This document shows positions 61,506 to 64,000 of a stretch of 64,000 nucleotides of DNA, one piece after another. The notes below the pieces were generated by a model. It was not told where the DNA came from and made no database searches. It worked only from the letters and a program-made list of their open reading frames with translations. Made by a program: the position numbers and the translations under genes. This DNA comes from Mytilus edulis. Taxonomy: Eukaryota. The stretch covers positions 87,482,001 to 87,546,000 of the forward strand of contig NC_092349.1 of assembly GCF_963676685.1 (NCBI RefSeq), in the 5' to 3' direction. How positions within the stretch are numbered: position 1 is the stretch's first letter; each line of letters opens with the position of its first letter.

Positions 61506-64000
61506 ATTATAGGCAACAATACGGCCTTCAATAACGAGAAAAACATTACCATATAGTCGACCGATCATTAAAAGGCCCCGACATAAAAATGTGATTTTTA
61601 TTAAAAACTTTACAGAGTGAATTCATATAAACTTACAGAAAAACAAAAAAGTCAGCTATCTTATGATCAAAAACAAGCTTCTGTCCTAGTTTAGTAGAAA
61701 TCCAGGATAGTTTAAGAAAGTTATTAGAGTTTCAAACACTTCAACCACAAAGTGAATATGTATTTGTGGTTTGTGGATCGCTATGTCTCGCTTTTGCAAC
61801 AAAAGTCGCAGGCTGAACAAAAATGTAATAAACTGTTATACTTTGCGAAACATGTGTATCTTCTATGTCAGTAATGAGTATGTGTTGGTAAACAAACTCT
61901 ATGCATTTTTTACTATTTTAAAATATCTTTATAAAATATTACTAGAGAACTTAAAAAAGTGAACTTACGGAACAAGCAAACGAAATTAAAAGAAACAAAA
62001 CATAAGTAGAAAATACACTTTTACATAGAAGTAAAAACTATAGCAGACAGAAAAGCAAAATAGATACGGCAGTAATAACTATGCCATAAAAAAACCCAAG
62101 AACAACATAAAATAACATAATATATACATTTTTAATAAGTATACTAGTGTATTCAAAACGGGTCATGGTTGAACGAACATGAATTTCTATAGATTACAAT
62201 CAACTGAGTGTGGCGCGTGTCGATAGAACATTAAATAACTTTCTAATTACTTAAGATATGATTATAAAACTTGAAATTATTTATTTTTAAAACGTTAACT
62301 TAGATATGGACTGTCCTTTGTGTCAATTTTATCATTCCATCAGGTCCTTAGTGCAATTTTTTGTTCTTAAAGGGGTCTTTTGCACTAAAGGGGTCTTTTG
62401 CGGTATTTCTACGGACCCCCAAAAAAGATTTAAAGGACAAAACGTTAATATATGGATTGGTTTTTTTTCGGAAAATGTTTCTTTTGGCAAATATTTGAAA
62501 AAAAAATCTTAACTTTTACATATTCAATACATTTTAGGTAAACACCTAGAGTTACAAATATACGACCATACATTTTTGATAGAAAATAAATTCATTTTCA
62601 ATATCGTTTATCTTTTTAACTATACTAAATTTGCGGTTTTGTGACATGAGCATGTAGTTTAAACAATGTCGTCAATAGTGTTAGAAAGAAGCTATCAAAA
62701 ATGATTTAGAACCTTATACTACACATACGGAGGTACATGTATGATACCATGACAGGTGAACTTATGATATAACTGTGAAATAGCCATTGTAATTGCCACG
62801 TTATTTTATGGATCGTTGATTTTATTACCTTTGGATTATTGGCACGTGCCATCGAACTTAATCTTTATAGACCGAATATTAACGCATACATACGTTACTT
62901 CTACAGTTTAGAAGGAGAAGACGAAGAAGAATTATTTATAATAGTGCAATCTTAAAAAACAAATAAATACATATTTTATATCAAATAAGTTTTTTATTCA
63001 AATGAAAGAAAGGATAAGCGCATTTACAAACAGATGTACTAAGACATATACTCGATGCTCGAACTTAAAATTAGGTTATGATTGTTTTAATCTATGAGGA
63101 TCTGGAGGGGGTCCTTCATTTCTGTATTCTTTAATGTTTAGTAGGTCGGGTTTTTTCTTTATACTTTTTGTCTATTATTATCAATTCTTTATATTCAAGC
63201 ACCTTATTATTCTCAATTCTTTATATTTTTTTTCCATTTTCTCTATTATTCATATTTATAGCCGATCATTCTCTATTCTGTAAAACCTATCGACATCCTT
63301 CTCTTTCCGATGGTATGTTATTTAAAGTTTTAACACTCTCACTTCACGGCCTTAGAGCAGTTTCGGAAGCTTAGTTCAAACGGAGACATGGTTCCCTGAT
63401 GCGGCCTGATGAGGATAACGAAATTAACGATATAAATTATCTGTGATATAAAATATTTGTATTTTGCGTTGATCGTTCCAGATGAAGTAAAATCCAGAAA
63501 CGTGATTTGGACGTATGAAATTTATAAGATGTTGTTGTCACTCTTTTGTTAGTGTTATGTTTAAAATTTGCAATTACTTTTTTAAAAGAATAAGTAGATA
63601 AATACATAAATTAACACCAGAAAATAAAAAAAATAAAAATAAAATCAGAAACAGTTATTGGCGAATAATTTATTTCTACAACAAAACAAGCTAACAAAAC
63701 TGTATAATATATATATATAATTTATTCTCTTATACCTTAAACAAAGATCAACAGAAATAAAAAGCCAACGAATGATTTTATGTTTAATAATTCAAAATAA
63801 TATACGTTTTTTATTCTAGCATTTATAATACAATGTATCATCCACATAAAGGGGCGTAACTCCTAATATCATTCTAACACACTAAACGGATCTTAACCCG
63901 ATCTGAAAGTTTTGAAAGTTACTTTTTATGATTGGTCTTAATTTGTCCAAAACAGTCTTAACAGACTTGATTGAACGCTAGAGCCTTCCATCTGGATTAA

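Noticed and set aside
63406-63432. CTGATGA-G-GATAA-C-GAAA minimal hammerhead-like string
   Set aside because: The flanks cannot form stem I and there is no second copy to support it.

Overview
AT-rich animal genomic DNA, most likely a bivalve mollusc (Mytilus-like; inferred from the C1q-domain exon and the repeat families). Host genes all lie on the minus strand. There is a tandem cluster of dynein light chain LC8 genes: three intact 89-aa copies (2976-3245, 13749-14018, 36316-36585), two decayed pseudogenes missed by the ORF track (~16130-16351, ~37840-38043) and one orphan LC8 first exon/promoter (~23738-24222). There is also a lone C1q-domain exon (21883-22343). A segmental duplication (~4355-18000 vs ~23145-51450) starts inside LC8 intron 1, so the duplicated LC8 promoter and non-coding exon now point at the C1q exon. 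The rest is transposon-derived: a CR1-type LINE, an RTE-X/L2-type LINE with a -1 frameshift site, Penelope-like RT fragments, Helentron/DINE-like elements, Kolobok-, P- and hAT-like MITEs, and a 10.7-kb TA-flanked TIR element with nested insertions. The most striking signal is at the RNA level. Two non-coding retroposon families carry self-cleaving ribozyme folds: (i) a circularly permuted (P5-type) twister ribozyme in an abundant ~540-bp repeat, with three copies showing compensatory changes (best copy 59484-59592), and (ii) type I hammerheads in ~330-bp retrozyme-like repeats (intact at 23818-23861 and 61342-61385). One of the hammerheads is inserted in sense orientation into the orphan LC8 first exon/promoter. 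All folds were done by eye and activity is untested.
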